From positions 159,358 through 223,357 of IMG/VR virus record IMGVR_UViG_3300037725_000018: a stretch of 64,000 bases of DNA. The stretch is one strand, 5' to 3'. Under the pieces are notes generated by a model that did no database searches, was not told the origin of the DNA, and was given only the letters and a program-made list of their open reading frames with translations. A program made the translations under genes and the position numbers. Of this stretch, positions 8,193 through 16,121 are shown in pieces. The number at the start of each line of letters is the position of its first letter. The first letter of the stretch is position 1.

Positions 8193-8596
8193 CGCCAAGT
8201 GCCAACCAACCTGCCTTCAGCGGCTACAGACGTAGATTCTATGTTTCTCGCTCGGGGTTTGGTAAACTTATTTATTGTTGGAACGGGTTTTGCTACCGTA
8301 GACATACAATAACACATCAAATACTATGCCACACCCCAAGGCACATAGATCGCCTCTAAGCGGTTTAAGTGTTTGTAGGTATGTGGGGCAAGGCCATGTG
8401 GCGAAATCCACGCACACACGCGCACGTGCGCCCGTGAGGCTTGTCTTGATGTTAGCGGTGCAACGCTGTCCCCGCGTCTTTTGACACACGCTCCCTTGTG
8501 AGCTTAGGGACCTAAGTATGAGAAAAGATGCGGGGACGCTTTTCACGTGTCCCCGTTGACAGACGCCGAAGTTTTTTGATACACATTTGCCGGGTG

Positions 8597-8625
8597 GGAA
8601 CAAACTTATAGTTTCCCCCGTTTTA
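8597..8625 (+). promoter_or_regulatory. Candidate promoter for family A array 2
   Basis: GGAAC-N18-GTTTTA within a hairpin, 13 nt before ATG 8639. Confidence 0.45.
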
Positions 8626-8638
8626 GCGCCAAAAAAAG

Positions 8639-8812
8639 ATGATCGTCGTTATAGACAAAAAAGAAAGAGAAGACTTCGCTGCAACCAAGTTTCACAAGTT
8701 CGTAAACGTCCCTCCGGGTATGAGAAAAGACGTGGGGTGTCTTCATAACTTAGAAGACGGGTCCGGGCACCTTCTTCGGTTTGCAAAAGTTTTAGTCAAG
8801 TCTTACTTGTGA
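8639..8812 (+). CDS. Family A small protein
   Basis: 57 aa, MIVVIDKKERE; read by hand. Confidence 0.7.
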   Translation: MIVVIDKKEREDFAATKFHKFVNVPPGMRKDVGCLHNLEDGSGHLLRFAKVLVKSYL

Positions 8813-8886
8813 AAGAAAAAGCTGACGTGCGTGGTCCCCGTATACAATTTTTATTAGCCAATGCCAATGTCAATTTTTATCCGTTT

Positions 8887-9099
8887 ATGGTTGTTCTTAT
8901 TGAAACAAAAACAGAAGACGAAGAGTTTTACAATTACGTGTCCGGGATGCGGGTTTTGGTTTTGGGGACTTTTGAAACGGTCCCTTTATATCGAATACCG
9001 GATTTTGAAATTTTTAAGGTAGCCAAAACTGAAGGCTTCTGTGTAAAGGAGAATGGTCGGCTCACAATTCTTCATCACGGAATAGCAAAAGTGAGGTAA
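8887..9099 (+). CDS. Family A small protein, paralog of 9105..9308
   Basis: 70 aa, MVVLIET; shares FET..LY...F.....K.EG....E.GRL. Confidence 0.8.
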   Translation: MVVLIETKTEDEEFYNYVSGMRVLVLGTFETVPLYRIPDFEIFKVAKTEGFCVKENGRLTILHHGIAKVR

Positions 9100-9104
9100 A
9101 AAAG

Positions 9105-9308
9105 ATGGTTCTTGTTTTCGAAGACGAAACAGAAAAAGAAAGGTTTGACAAACAGGTGTCCGAAACGGGCGTGGGAGTGTTTGGCCTTTTTGAAACCCTT
9201 TCTTTGTATAAAGAAAAAGCATTTAAGGTTCTTCGGTTTGCCAAAAGAGAAGGGCTAATTACAAGAGAAGACGGGCGTCTCATTTTAGTTTACTATGGAG
9301 TAGAGTAA
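9105..9308 (+). CDS. Family A small protein
   Basis: 67 aa, MVLVFEDETE. Confidence 0.8.
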   Translation: MVLVFEDETEKERFDKQVSETGVGVFGLFETLSLYKEKAFKVLRFAKREGLITREDGRLILVYYGVE

Positions 9309-9324
9309 AACGTAGGGAAAAAAG

Positions 9325-9549
9325 ATGGTTATTCTTGTTGAAAACAAAAGAGAAAAAACCCCTTTGAAAAAAGCGTGTGGGGGAAGAGTTGAAGACGAAT
9401 TTGAACTTTTAAAAGAGCGGATTCTGTTGCACGCGGGGCACTCGTCTCCGATGGATTTTCTAGTGTACATCAAAAAAAGGCTCCACTCTTGCCCAAGCAC
9501 CGGAAGACTTACCTGCGACATAACGCCAATACGTAACAACAAAAAATAA
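9325..9549 (+). CDS. Family A small protein
   Basis: 74 aa, MVILVEN. Confidence 0.75.
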   Translation: MVILVENKREKTPLKKACGGRVEDEFELLKERILLHAGHSSPMDFLVYIKKRLHSCPSTGRLTCDITPIRNNKK

Positions 9550-9558
9550 CAGACAGTT

Positions 9559-9756
9559 GTGGTTGTTATCATTGAAGACTCGAAACTTGTTTCAGAAATT
9601 CAAGACTACTTCTCCGTCTGTTTAGAGGAAAATCTTGATGTGTATGAGCAGGTTTGGCTTTGCCGTGTGGATAGCAGCAAGCCGGAATATTTGCGTTTTA
9701 TGAAAAAACGCGGATTTGACAGGATAGAAGAGAACAAAAGAATGATTTTTAAGTAA
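9559..9756 (+). CDS. Family A small protein (GTG start)
   Basis: 65 aa, MVVIIEDS. Confidence 0.75.
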   Translation: MVVIIEDSKLVSEIQDYFSVCLEENLDVYEQVWLCRVDSSKPEYLRFMKKRGFDRIEENKRMIFK

Positions 9757-9808
9757 GCATACGCAAGGGAAAAATTAGCTCCTTCATCAAAACTGCGTAA
9801 AGTGTGCA

Positions 9809-9994
9809 ATGATTGTTTTCGTTGTTGAAAGCACAGAAGGCAAGTCCGCGTTTTTTGATTTGACAAACAAAAACCGGAAAAACTTTGGAAGCGGCGTAAG
9901 CGTGGTTTTCTCTCATAAGTACGTCGGCTCCGGAACGGCCCGAGAATGCGCTTTGAAAGTCAAACAAAAGATCAAAAAATCCAAGCAAAAGTAA
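9809..9994 (+). CDS. Family A small protein
   Basis: 61 aa, MIVFVVESTE. Confidence 0.8.
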   Translation: MIVFVVESTEGKSAFFDLTNKNRKNFGSGVSVVFSHKYVGSGTARECALKVKQKIKKSKQK

Positions 9995-10000
9995 TGAGCC

Positions 10001-10186
10001 GTGGTTATCCTAATAGAAAGCAAAAAAGAGGAAAAAGAGCTTAATAACTTAGTGAGGAGTTCTGGTTTTGAACTTGACTTTCTTGAAAGACTTCCTGCCT
10101 TTTGGCACGTGCCGGAACTTTTGCTGCGTGACCTGAAAACGGTAGGTTTTAAAACAGAACAAAGGCGATTAAAATTTAATCGGTAG
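10001..10186 (+). CDS. Family A small protein (GTG start)
   Basis: 61 aa, MVILIESKKE. Confidence 0.8.
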   Translation: MVILIESKKEEKELNNLVRSSGFELDFLERLPAFWHVPELLLRDLKTVGFKTEQRRLKFNR

Positions 10187-10201
10187 TAACCGAATCAGCT
10201 A

Positions 10202-10396
10202 ATGATTGTCATTTTGAAAAACATACAGGAGGGCAGGCATTTAGAAAATGTTAAGGGGGTGGGTCCCAAAAGAGAAGAGGTCGTATACGAATATAGATAT
10301 GGGCCACGCCTGCGGGTTCAAATCCTAAGAGATTGCAGAAAAGGGGCAAAAGAAGGTGGGGAGCGGCTGAAAATTCCGGGCCGAATACGTCAGTAA
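10202..10396 (+). CDS. Family A small protein, paralog of 10413..10613
   Basis: 64 aa, MIVILKN; shares R...L.D.R.G.K..G.RLK.P. Confidence 0.8.
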   Translation: MIVILKNIQEGRHLENVKGVGPKREEVVYEYRYGPRLRVQILRDCRKGAKEGGERLKIPGRIRQ

Positions 10397-10412
10397 AAAC
10401 AGATATGTAAAT

Positions 10413-10613
10413 ATGATCGTCATTGCAAATAACTTAAATGAAGACCGTTGGATAGTGGGACACCCGAATATCGAAAGAAAAGAAATTGCCTACGTTTACG
10501 TGTGGACACGGGAAGAGAGGACCCGTCTTTTAAAAGACTTCAGGCGGGGGATAAAAAAGAGTGGCAAAAGGCTAAAAATGCCCGATCACATGGAAACAAG
10601 TAAAAAATGGTAA
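10413..10613 (+). CDS. Family A small protein
   Basis: 66 aa, MIVIANN. Confidence 0.8.
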   Translation: MIVIANNLNEDRWIVGHPNIERKEIAYVYVWTREERTRLLKDFRRGIKKSGKRLKMPDHMETSKKW

Positions 10614-10624
10614 AAACGCTTCCC

Positions 10625-10816
10625 ATGATATTCATCTTCAAAGAGTTTGAGTACTCAAACAACATTGACTTCTTTAAAGAGACGATTATTTCAAGCGACG
10701 GGTTGGTAAAGTCCGGTTCTGTCGTTGCCGATTCTCCCGGAACAATCCCTCTAACAAAGAGTTCATACAAAAAAATCAAAGAATACGTCAAAACCCGGTT
10801 GTCAAACAAACAGTGA
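10625..10816 (+). CDS. Family A small protein
   Basis: 63 aa, MIFIFKE...KKIKEYVKTRL. Confidence 0.75.
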   Translation: MIFIFKEFEYSNNIDFFKETIISSDGLVKSGSVVADSPGTIPLTKSSYKKIKEYVKTRLSNKQ

Positions 10817-10998
10817 TCATCATCGAAGAAAACATGTTTGAACAGAAGCTAACGTTTCCCATTCGGCTTGCCCCCGAAGAACGAGTAAGCCGAAAAGACG
10901 CTTTCTTAAACGGGTGTATCTCTGCGCTTACTTTGCATAACCCAAGTGAAGGCTGGACGAAAAGGCGGCTTTGTTTAATCACCGAACGTTACCAATAA
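10813..10998 (+). CDS. Family A small protein (GTG start)
   Basis: 61 aa, MIIIEEN; GTGA overlap. Confidence 0.7.
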   Translation: MIIIEENMFEQKLTFPIRLAPEERVSRKDAFLNGCISALTLHNPSEGWTKRRLCLITERYQ

Positions 10999-11017
10999 CG
11001 AAACCCTTTGAAAAGAT

Positions 11018-11215
11018 ATGGTCGTTTGCTTTGAAAACGAAAATGAACTTGTTTCCAATACAACGATTCTTTTCGGGCGCAAGTCCGTAAACGGAATCAT
11101 TCTTGACCCTGAAGAAATTTGTATAGTCAAAAGACCGGATAATATCCATGCCCAAGTTGAAAAAAGCTTTTCGACCTGTCGCCTCACCTGTTTTGTAAAA
11201 AGTTCACGCACATAA
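11018..11215 (+). CDS. Family A small protein (VNG subfamily)
   Basis: 65 aa, MVVCFENENE...SVNG. Confidence 0.8.
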   Translation: MVVCFENENELVSNTTILFGRKSVNGIILDPEEICIVKRPDNIHAQVEKSFSTCRLTCFVKSSRT

Positions 11216-11226
11216 AAACCGGACTC

Positions 11227-11427
11227 ATGGTTGTCTATTTTGAAAAAAGAACGGAGTTTCTAAACCATTCACAATTCACAAATCGATTTCGAACAACAAT
11301 AACCGTTAACGGGCAGGTTCTTGTCAATTGCGAATATATCGTCTCGCCCAATAAAAAAGCGCCCCTTCAAATAAAAGAAAAGGACGTTCCTTTGTATCCG
11401 GGAACGCGCCTTGTTTTCGTTTTTTAA
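11227..11427 (+). CDS. Family A small protein (VNG subfamily)
   Basis: 66 aa, MVVYFEKRTE...TVNG. Confidence 0.8.
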   Translation: MVVYFEKRTEFLNHSQFTNRFRTTITVNGQVLVNCEYIVSPNKKAPLQIKEKDVPLYPGTRLVFVF

Positions 11428-11509
11428 ACGCTTGCCCAAAGCTTTGCAGAAGGCGCAAGACGGGTTTTCGGCTTTCGGTCTTTAAGGTACCCTTTACATA
11501 CAGAGAAAA

Positions 11510-11543
11510 CCCCACACAAGGCGTCCATTTGCCTCATGTGGGG
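11510..11543. terminator. Repeated bidirectional terminator-like hairpin (CCCCACACAAGGC family)
   Basis: CCCCACACAAGGC..GCCTCATGTGGGG at a convergent junction. Confidence 0.7.
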
Positions 11544-11571
11544 CCTCTTTTGTTTATGTGTTGGGGGGGGA

Positions 11572-12051
11572 TTACAAAAGCCTTCTTAGGGCTCGAAGAA
11601 GCGCCCCGCGAAAGTAGTTTCCGCTTTGCCGGGGGTCTCCGTCTCCGTAGGATCGGTACTTAACAAGCCCCCTACGCCGAAGTGCCCTCTTTGTTGCCGT
11701 TGGGTTTGCTGAAGTGACAAGCGGTTTGGTCGGGTCGTCTGCGTGAATGACGGTTGCGCGAATCACCTCCTTCATGGTTTCGGAAAGCTCTTCGGTGGAC
11801 TGAAGGCGTGCAAGCTCGACCATTGACTTGCAATCCTCCGGGTCCCACATCCGATACCAACCGTCCGCTAAGTTGCGTGCAGGGTTAATGTCAAGAAACT
11901 CCGCAAGCCGATCAAGAGCCTCCTTGACCTCCTTTTCGCTTATGTTAACACCATCGGCATTTAAAGCCATGTAAACGTCATGGGCGGTGAAGGCTTGCCC
12001 GTCCTCGTATTCGTTTTTCACCGTACTTGCAGTTTTCAAAATTACGTCCAT
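11572..12051 (-). CDS. Hypothetical protein, possible winged-helix DNA-binding domains
   Basis: 159 aa; FTAHDVY..L...EVKEALDRL and KRALRRRGLV patterns resemble wHTH. Confidence 0.65.
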   Translation of the reverse strand: MDVILKTASTVKNEYEDGQAFTAHDVYMALNADGVNISEKEVKEALDRLAEFLDINPARNLADGWYRMWDPEDCKSMVELARLQSTEELSETMKEVIRATVIHADDPTKPLVTSANPTATKRALRRRGLVKYRSYGDGDPRQSGNYFRGALLRALRRLL

Positions 12052-12103
12052 CGTCTCTTTTGTTTGTTTGTTGGAAAGGACTTCCCTCTCTGTTTCGTGT
12101 GCT

Positions 12104-12131
12104 TAAAATAGAAAAGCCCGTGGACAGTTCC
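12104..12131 (-). promoter_or_regulatory. Class B ECF-like promoter in hairpin
   Basis: GGAAC-N17-ATTTTA; upstream TTAAC..CTTCAC box. Confidence 0.65.
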
Positions 12132-12167
12132 ACGGGCCGTGTGAAGCGTTTGTTAACAAGTGATTTT

Positions 12168-12428
12168 TTAAGAAAGGTCCCACGTGATCGATTCAACCGC
12201 ATCAGCCTTATTTCGGACACTTTCCAAATCCGAATGCACTTGAATCATCTTTTTGCGCTGGAAGGCAAGACCGGCCTTCCCATCAATTTGAATGTACGCC
12301 ATTGCGACGTTTGCGGTTTTTTCCGGGTCGTAGTATTCGGGGTCCCCGTAAGAGTGTCTTCCTCGCTCTCGAAGCCGGGACTCGATCTCTTCTTGAATTT
12401 TCGAAAGCGCGTCTTCTACGATGCTCAT
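12168..12428 (-). CDS. Hypothetical phage protein
   Basis: 86 aa ORF. Confidence 0.75.
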   Translation of the reverse strand: MSIVEDALSKIQEEIESRLRERGRHSYGDPEYYDPEKTANVAMAYIQIDGKAGLAFQRKKMIQVHSDLESVRNKADAVESITWDLS

Positions 12429-12461
12429 GGGCTTTTGGTTTTGGTTTGTGAAAATTCGGCT

Positions 12462-12671
12462 TTAAGAGAAAGGATCTCGAAGATAGTCGTACCGGATATC
12501 GAAGTATGCCATTTTCTTCGTGTCAGTTACCCCGACGATGTTTCCGGTATCTTCGTCCTTTACGTGCCACTCGCTTAGGCTTTTTCGGACTTCAAAAGAC
12601 CGACCGTCTTCTCGTTTTGCGCGGTAGCGGCCCCGCTCGATCTTGCTTGTTTCAATTTCAAACGTGTCCAT
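12462..12671 (-). CDS. Hypothetical phage protein (class B)
   Basis: 69 aa ORF. Confidence 0.75.
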   Translation of the reverse strand: MDTFEIETSKIERGRYRAKREDGRSFEVRKSLSEWHVKDEDTGNIVGVTDTKKMAYFDIRYDYLRDPFS

Positions 12672-12724
12672 TTTTCAAGCCTTGTTTTATCGTTTGAAAA
12701 CGACCTCCCCTTTCTTGCGTGTAT

Positions 12725-12752
12725 ATAAACTGGTGGCCCACTGGACGGTTCC
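12725..12752 (-). promoter_or_regulatory. Class B ECF-like promoter in hairpin
   Basis: GGAAC-N17-GTTTAT; CTTCA 11 nt upstream. Confidence 0.7.
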
Positions 12753-12795
12753 AGTGGGCCACATGAAGATTCGGTAAAATAAAGCCCGTAGCCTG

Positions 12796-13002
12796 TCACA
12801 TCTTTCGGGAAGGGTTTCGGCTCTTTTCAAGGGTGTGCCGGGTAAACCCGTTTAGCCACCACTTTCGAAACGTTGAGCCTATCGCATACGGGCAATCGCT
12901 TACCCACCCGCCTTCCTTTTTCGCAGCATATCCTTCCTTGCGAATTTCTTCTTTTAGGTCCGAATGAGGGAGAGGCTCCATGTTTCCAACAAGGTCTTTC
13001 AT
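12796..13002 (-). CDS. Rmf/CrpP-fold-like small protein
   Basis: EGYAAKKEGGWVSDCPYAIGSTFRKWWLNGF matches the ribosome modulation factor pattern GYxA..G....CPY......R..WL.GW. Confidence 0.6.
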   Translation of the reverse strand: MKDLVGNMEPLPHSDLKEEIRKEGYAAKKEGGWVSDCPYAIGSTFRKWWLNGFTRHTLEKSRNPSRKM

Positions 13003-13043
13003 CGTCTTTTTGGGTTGGTTGGTAAAGGTCTTGTGGATTTGAT

Positions 13044-13277
13044 TTAGCTGAAGTTTCGGGCAAGAACCATCATGGCAGCTTTCATAAGCTGCTTTTCGGT
13101 CACGTCCGCTTTAGTATGCACAGACAGGTACTTGTACGACGAGCCGGGGCGAACCCCAAGGGTCACGTCAAAATCCATGTAGTGACCGGAGGACTCCAAG
13201 AGGTCTTTAACTTTTTCCCCCTGACCCGGAAGAATGTACCCAAGGTTTGCAGTCGTGCGGCTACCAGAAGTTTCCAT
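13044..13277 (-). CDS. Hypothetical phage protein (class B)
   Basis: 77 aa ORF. Confidence 0.7.
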   Translation of the reverse strand: METSGSRTTANLGYILPGQGEKVKDLLESSGHYMDFDVTLGVRPGSSYKYLSVHTKADVTEKQLMKAAMMVLARNFS

Positions 13278-13311
13278 TGCGTTGGGAAGCTTTTAAGTTC
13301 AACAGGCGGCT

Positions 13312-13339
13312 TTGAAAAAAACGCCGGAAGGCGGGTTTC
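13312..13339 (-). promoter_or_regulatory. Class B ECF-like promoter in hairpin
   Basis: GAAAC-N17-TTTCAA. Confidence 0.5.
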
Positions 13340-13377
13340 ACCCCCCGGCGCGTTTGGCTACTTTTGATTTTGGATTA

Positions 13378-13602
13378 TTAGAAGAACTGTTCGTCAAGCC
13401 ACTCCTCAACGATGTGGAATTCTTCGTCGGTGATCTTCTCACCGTCCTTTTCCCCATCGGAGGGGTAGTGCTCGATCCAAACGGCCCGTTCGACCTCGAC
13501 GGACGTTTCCGCAGGGGAACGCCGCGTTGCCTTCATGTGGCTAACGCTCATGTCAACTTCGATCACGCCGTCTTCGTGATGAACCGATTCGGTAACTGTC
13601 AT
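13378..13602 (-). CDS. Acidic hypothetical protein (class B)
   Basis: 74 aa ORF. Confidence 0.75.
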   Translation of the reverse strand: MTVTESVHHEDGVIEVDMSVSHMKATRRSPAETSVEVERAVWIEHYPSDGEKDGEKITDEEFHIVEEWLDEQFF

Positions 13603-13666
13603 GGCTGTAAGCTGCTTTTGTTTGAAAGATCAAACCCGAAGGGGCTTTCCCCCTTCTTGCGCTACT

Positions 13667-13694
13667 TTACACACGCGAAAAACGGATTGGTTCC
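13667..13694 (-). promoter_or_regulatory. Class B ECF-like promoter
   Basis: GGAAC-N17-GTGTAA; TTCAC..CTTCAC upstream. Confidence 0.7.
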
Positions 13695-13736
13695 CGGCCA
13701 AAGTGTGAAGCCTTTGTGAAGCCAAGCCCCGGCCCG

Positions 13737-14018
13737 TTAAAGAAGCTCACCGAGCCGGATCGGTTCCGGGGAAGAGCGGAGGGCTTCCCGCTCGCGCTTG
13801 CGGGACCGAAGCGCGGACATGCGCTTTTTGATGTTGCGCCTCTGCTCTTTGGCTTGCCGCTCTTTTTCGCGGCGAATGGCTTCTTTATACTCCGCTTTGG
13901 AGTCGTAAGAAGTCCAGTAGCGGCCCAAAGGCCCGTCCCACTCGATCCGCAGGCCATCAAAGTCGCTAAAGCGGGTGGAAGCGCGAACGGCTTTTTGGGT
14001 AGGCTCGCAAATATTCAT
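13737..14018 (-). CDS. Hypothetical protein with basic coiled coil (class B)
   Basis: 93 aa ORF. Confidence 0.7.
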   Translation of the reverse strand: MNICEPTQKAVRASTRFSDFDGLRIEWDGPLGRYWTSYDSKAEYKEAIRREKERQAKEQRRNIKKRMSALRSRKREREALRSSPEPIRLGELL

Positions 14019-14056
14019 TGTCTTTGGGGGATTGGTTCCCTCTCTTTCGCAATACC

Positions 14057-14084
14057 TTACACGCGGGGAAAGCGGGTCTGTTCC
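14057..14084 (-). promoter_or_regulatory. Class B ECF-like promoter
   Basis: GGAAC-N17-GTGTAA; CTTCA 11 nt upstream. Confidence 0.7.
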
Positions 14085-14290
14085 GGTTTAGGATGTGAAG
14101 AAGCTGTAAGCTCCTTCGGGCCTTTTGTTTTGCTTTTAAGCGTGTTTTGAACCTGCCTTTCCCCTACCCATTTCCACGGAGAGAAAAGTCCTTGTGGGCT
14201 TTCACAAAAACCTCAAAAGCCGCTGCGTAAAGGCGTGCCCCGCCGAAAATGGGCAGGGCACGCAGGCGCTACTTGCTTTTTTGGTTTCTT

Positions 14291-14503
14291 TTAAGCTTCC
14301 GGCGTGTAGGAAACAAACGCCGGGTCGCTTTCGCTTTCGAGCTTTTCGTCAATCCCGGAAAGCTCTTCCCGTTCGATCTTGTTGCGAACGTCGTAGTGAA
14401 CCACGTCCCAACCACCACGGGCGTCAAGAAAGTAAATCACCTTCTCCCCCGGCTCGATGTGGTTTTCGGCGTAGTCACGCGCTTGGGCAAGAGTCATAAC
14501 CAT
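14291..14503 (-). CDS. Acidic hypothetical protein (class B)
   Basis: 70 aa ORF. Confidence 0.75.
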   Translation of the reverse strand: MVMTLAQARDYAENHIEPGEKVIYFLDARGGWDVVHYDVRNKIEREELSGIDEKLESESDPAFVSYTPEA

Positions 14504-14558
14504 AGCAGCTTTAACTTTTTTGTTTGCTTGAAGGGGCCTTTCCCCGTCTTGCGTGTGT

Positions 14559-14586
14559 GTAAACCCACCGAAACCGGGGTTGTTTC
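14559..14586 (-). promoter_or_regulatory. Class B ECF-like promoter in hairpin
   Basis: GAAAC-N17-GTTTAC; CTTCAC..CTTCAC upstream. Confidence 0.7.
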
Positions 14587-14634
14587 GGTTTTGAATGTGA
14601 AGCGTCTGTGAAGGAAGGTTTCTTGGCAGACATA

Positions 14635-14671
14635 AAAAAGCGGGTCACGGAAAGCCCGTGACCCGCTTTTT
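14635..14671. terminator. Bidirectional intrinsic terminator
   Basis: AAAAAGCGGGTCACGG..CCGTGACCCGCTTTTT perfect stem. Confidence 0.85.
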
Positions 14672-14690
14672 GGTTCTGTGTGGCTGACTT

Positions 14691-14993
14691 TTAGCTAAGA
14701 GAATCAAGGTAGCCGGAAAGAGCGCCAACCGAAAGCCGCTTGGACTCTCCGGTTTTCATGTCGCTAACCTTCACGCGACCGTCTTCTTTAACGGAAAGCA
14801 CGTAGCGGTCAAACTCTGCAATCGACCACCCGTGACGCTCTTCCCGAACGGTCGGGCCGAAAGAGATTCCCGTGACTTTAAGCTCGTCACGGCCAATCTT
14901 CTCCCCGGTGCTAATGTCCGGGTTGGTGTATCCGGCGCTGAAAAGCTTCTGGTTGGCTTTCCGGTAGATTTCGTTTTTGGCCTTGTCAGTCAT
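14691..14993 (-). CDS. Hypothetical phage protein (class B)
   Basis: 100 aa from MTDKAK. Confidence 0.75.
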   Translation of the reverse strand: MTDKAKNEIYRKANQKLFSAGYTNPDISTGEKIGRDELKVTGISFGPTVREERHGWSIAEFDRYVLSVKEDGRVKVSDMKTGESKRLSVGALSGYLDSLS

Positions 14994-15038
14994 GGGCTTT
15001 CTCTTTTGATGAGGGGTTTCCCTTCCTAAGTGCAATAT

Positions 15039-15066
15039 GTAAATGCGCTTTTATAGGAGCAGTTCC
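15039..15066 (-). promoter_or_regulatory. Class B ECF-like promoter
   Basis: GGAAC-N17-ATTTAC; CTTCA 11 nt upstream. Confidence 0.7.
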
Positions 15067-15085
15067 AAGCTCTCTTGTGAAGACT

Positions 15086-15397
15086 TTATGAAGACAGAGA
15101 GCTTTCAAGGTCTTCAATCACCATTTCAACGCGGCTTAAAACCGGGCTTTCCTTCTCTTCGGATACAGACGTTCGGTACATTTGTCCGGTCATTTCCATA
15201 AGCCTCTCGTACGCAAATCTAGACGGGCTTCCGTATGGAAACGTTTCCACGTCTTTCATGTCTTCTGCGTGAGCCGCCAAAACCTTGTACGTGGCCTTTA
15301 AGTCCGAATAGGTGCCACGGGTTATGATCGCCTCTTTTATCTTTCGAAAATGGCTTAGAAGGCGTTGTGCAACCTCTCGCTTGCGTTTGTCTTTCAT
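15086..15397 (-). CDS. Hypothetical helical protein (class B)
   Basis: 103 aa from MKDKRK. Confidence 0.7.
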   Translation of the reverse strand: MKDKRKREVAQRLLSHFRKIKEAIITRGTYSDLKATYKVLAAHAEDMKDVETFPYGSPSRFAYERLMEMTGQMYRTSVSEEKESPVLSRVEMVIEDLESSLSS

Positions 15398-15442
15398 GTC
15401 GGCTTGGTTTTGTTTTTCTAAAAGTAGAGTGAATGCGCGTAC

Positions 15443-15470
15443 GTATACAAAAAGAAAAGGTCGGTGTTCC
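15443..15470 (-). promoter_or_regulatory. Class B ECF-like promoter
   Basis: GGAAC-N17-GTATAC. Confidence 0.6.
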
Positions 15471-15547
15471 CGCCTTTTTTGGAACACACAAGGCCACCTG
15501 TTAGTTTGGGCCTCTTGTAGAAAGCCAACAAACAAAAAGCGAAACCG

Positions 15548-15748
15548 ATGATACAAGTTGTTGTGGATACAAGTGAAGAATCCGCTTGGATGCAGACGTT
15601 TTCAAAAGAGTTTCCAACTGAAGAAGTGGACTATTTTCATTCTGGTAAGGCAATGGAAGAGCTTGGGCTAGCCCCAATAGAAACCGGATATCGAATCTAC
15701 ATTTCAAATAAGCTTGAACACAGGTTTAAAGCGACAAAAAAGACATGA
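15548..15748 (+). CDS. Family A small protein
   Basis: 66 aa, MIQVVVDTSEE. Confidence 0.7.
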   Translation: MIQVVVDTSEESAWMQTFSKEFPTEEVDYFHSGKAMEELGLAPIETGYRIYISNKLEHRFKATKKT

Positions 15749-15900
15749 CGATATTGATTGAAAAACCCAATGAGGCAAACCGTTTTTTAAACTTTAAGAT
15801 ACGGTCGGGTGAACGCATGATTGCAAAACCTAGTTCCCTCAAAAACAAAATTATTGCATTGCGCCAAATCAAAGAATCTGTAAGGGCCGAAAAGAAATGA
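15745..15900 (+). CDS. Family A small protein
   Basis: 51 aa, MTILIEKPNE; ATGA overlaps at both ends; read by hand. Confidence 0.7.
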   Translation: MTILIEKPNEANRFLNFKIRSGERMIAKPSSLKNKIIALRQIKESVRAEKK

Positions 15901-16121
15901 TCATCATTGAAAGACAAAGTCAAAAACGGTGGGAAGTTACGGTTCGCTCTGCAAAAAGGGAAGTTTTTACCAAAGAAACACATTCGGAAATGGGGGGTAG
16001 AATCGAAAAAAAGTATTCCGTCAAACATCAAGACTCCAATGTAAAAAGAGTCTTGCGCCACATGCTAAATAATTACGACCACGAATACTCTTTAGTTACC
16101 GCTAGCAGCTTCTTGAATTAG
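15897..16121 (+). CDS. Family A small protein
   Basis: 74 aa, MIIIER. Confidence 0.7.
   Translation: MIIIERQSQKRWEVTVRSAKREVFTKETHSEMGGRIEKKYSVKHQDSNVKRVLRHMLNNYDHEYSLVTASSFLN

Noticed and set aside
252-11427. Integron-like attC sites or DNA-level recombination signal at the family A starts
   Set aside because: Spacers are too short or absent for attC folds, no integrase is present, and the shared motif varies at synonymous positions.
12575-12799. Track ORF 12575..12799
   Set aside because: It runs through the terminator/promoter hairpin at 12725-12770 and overlaps 12462..12671; likely spurious.
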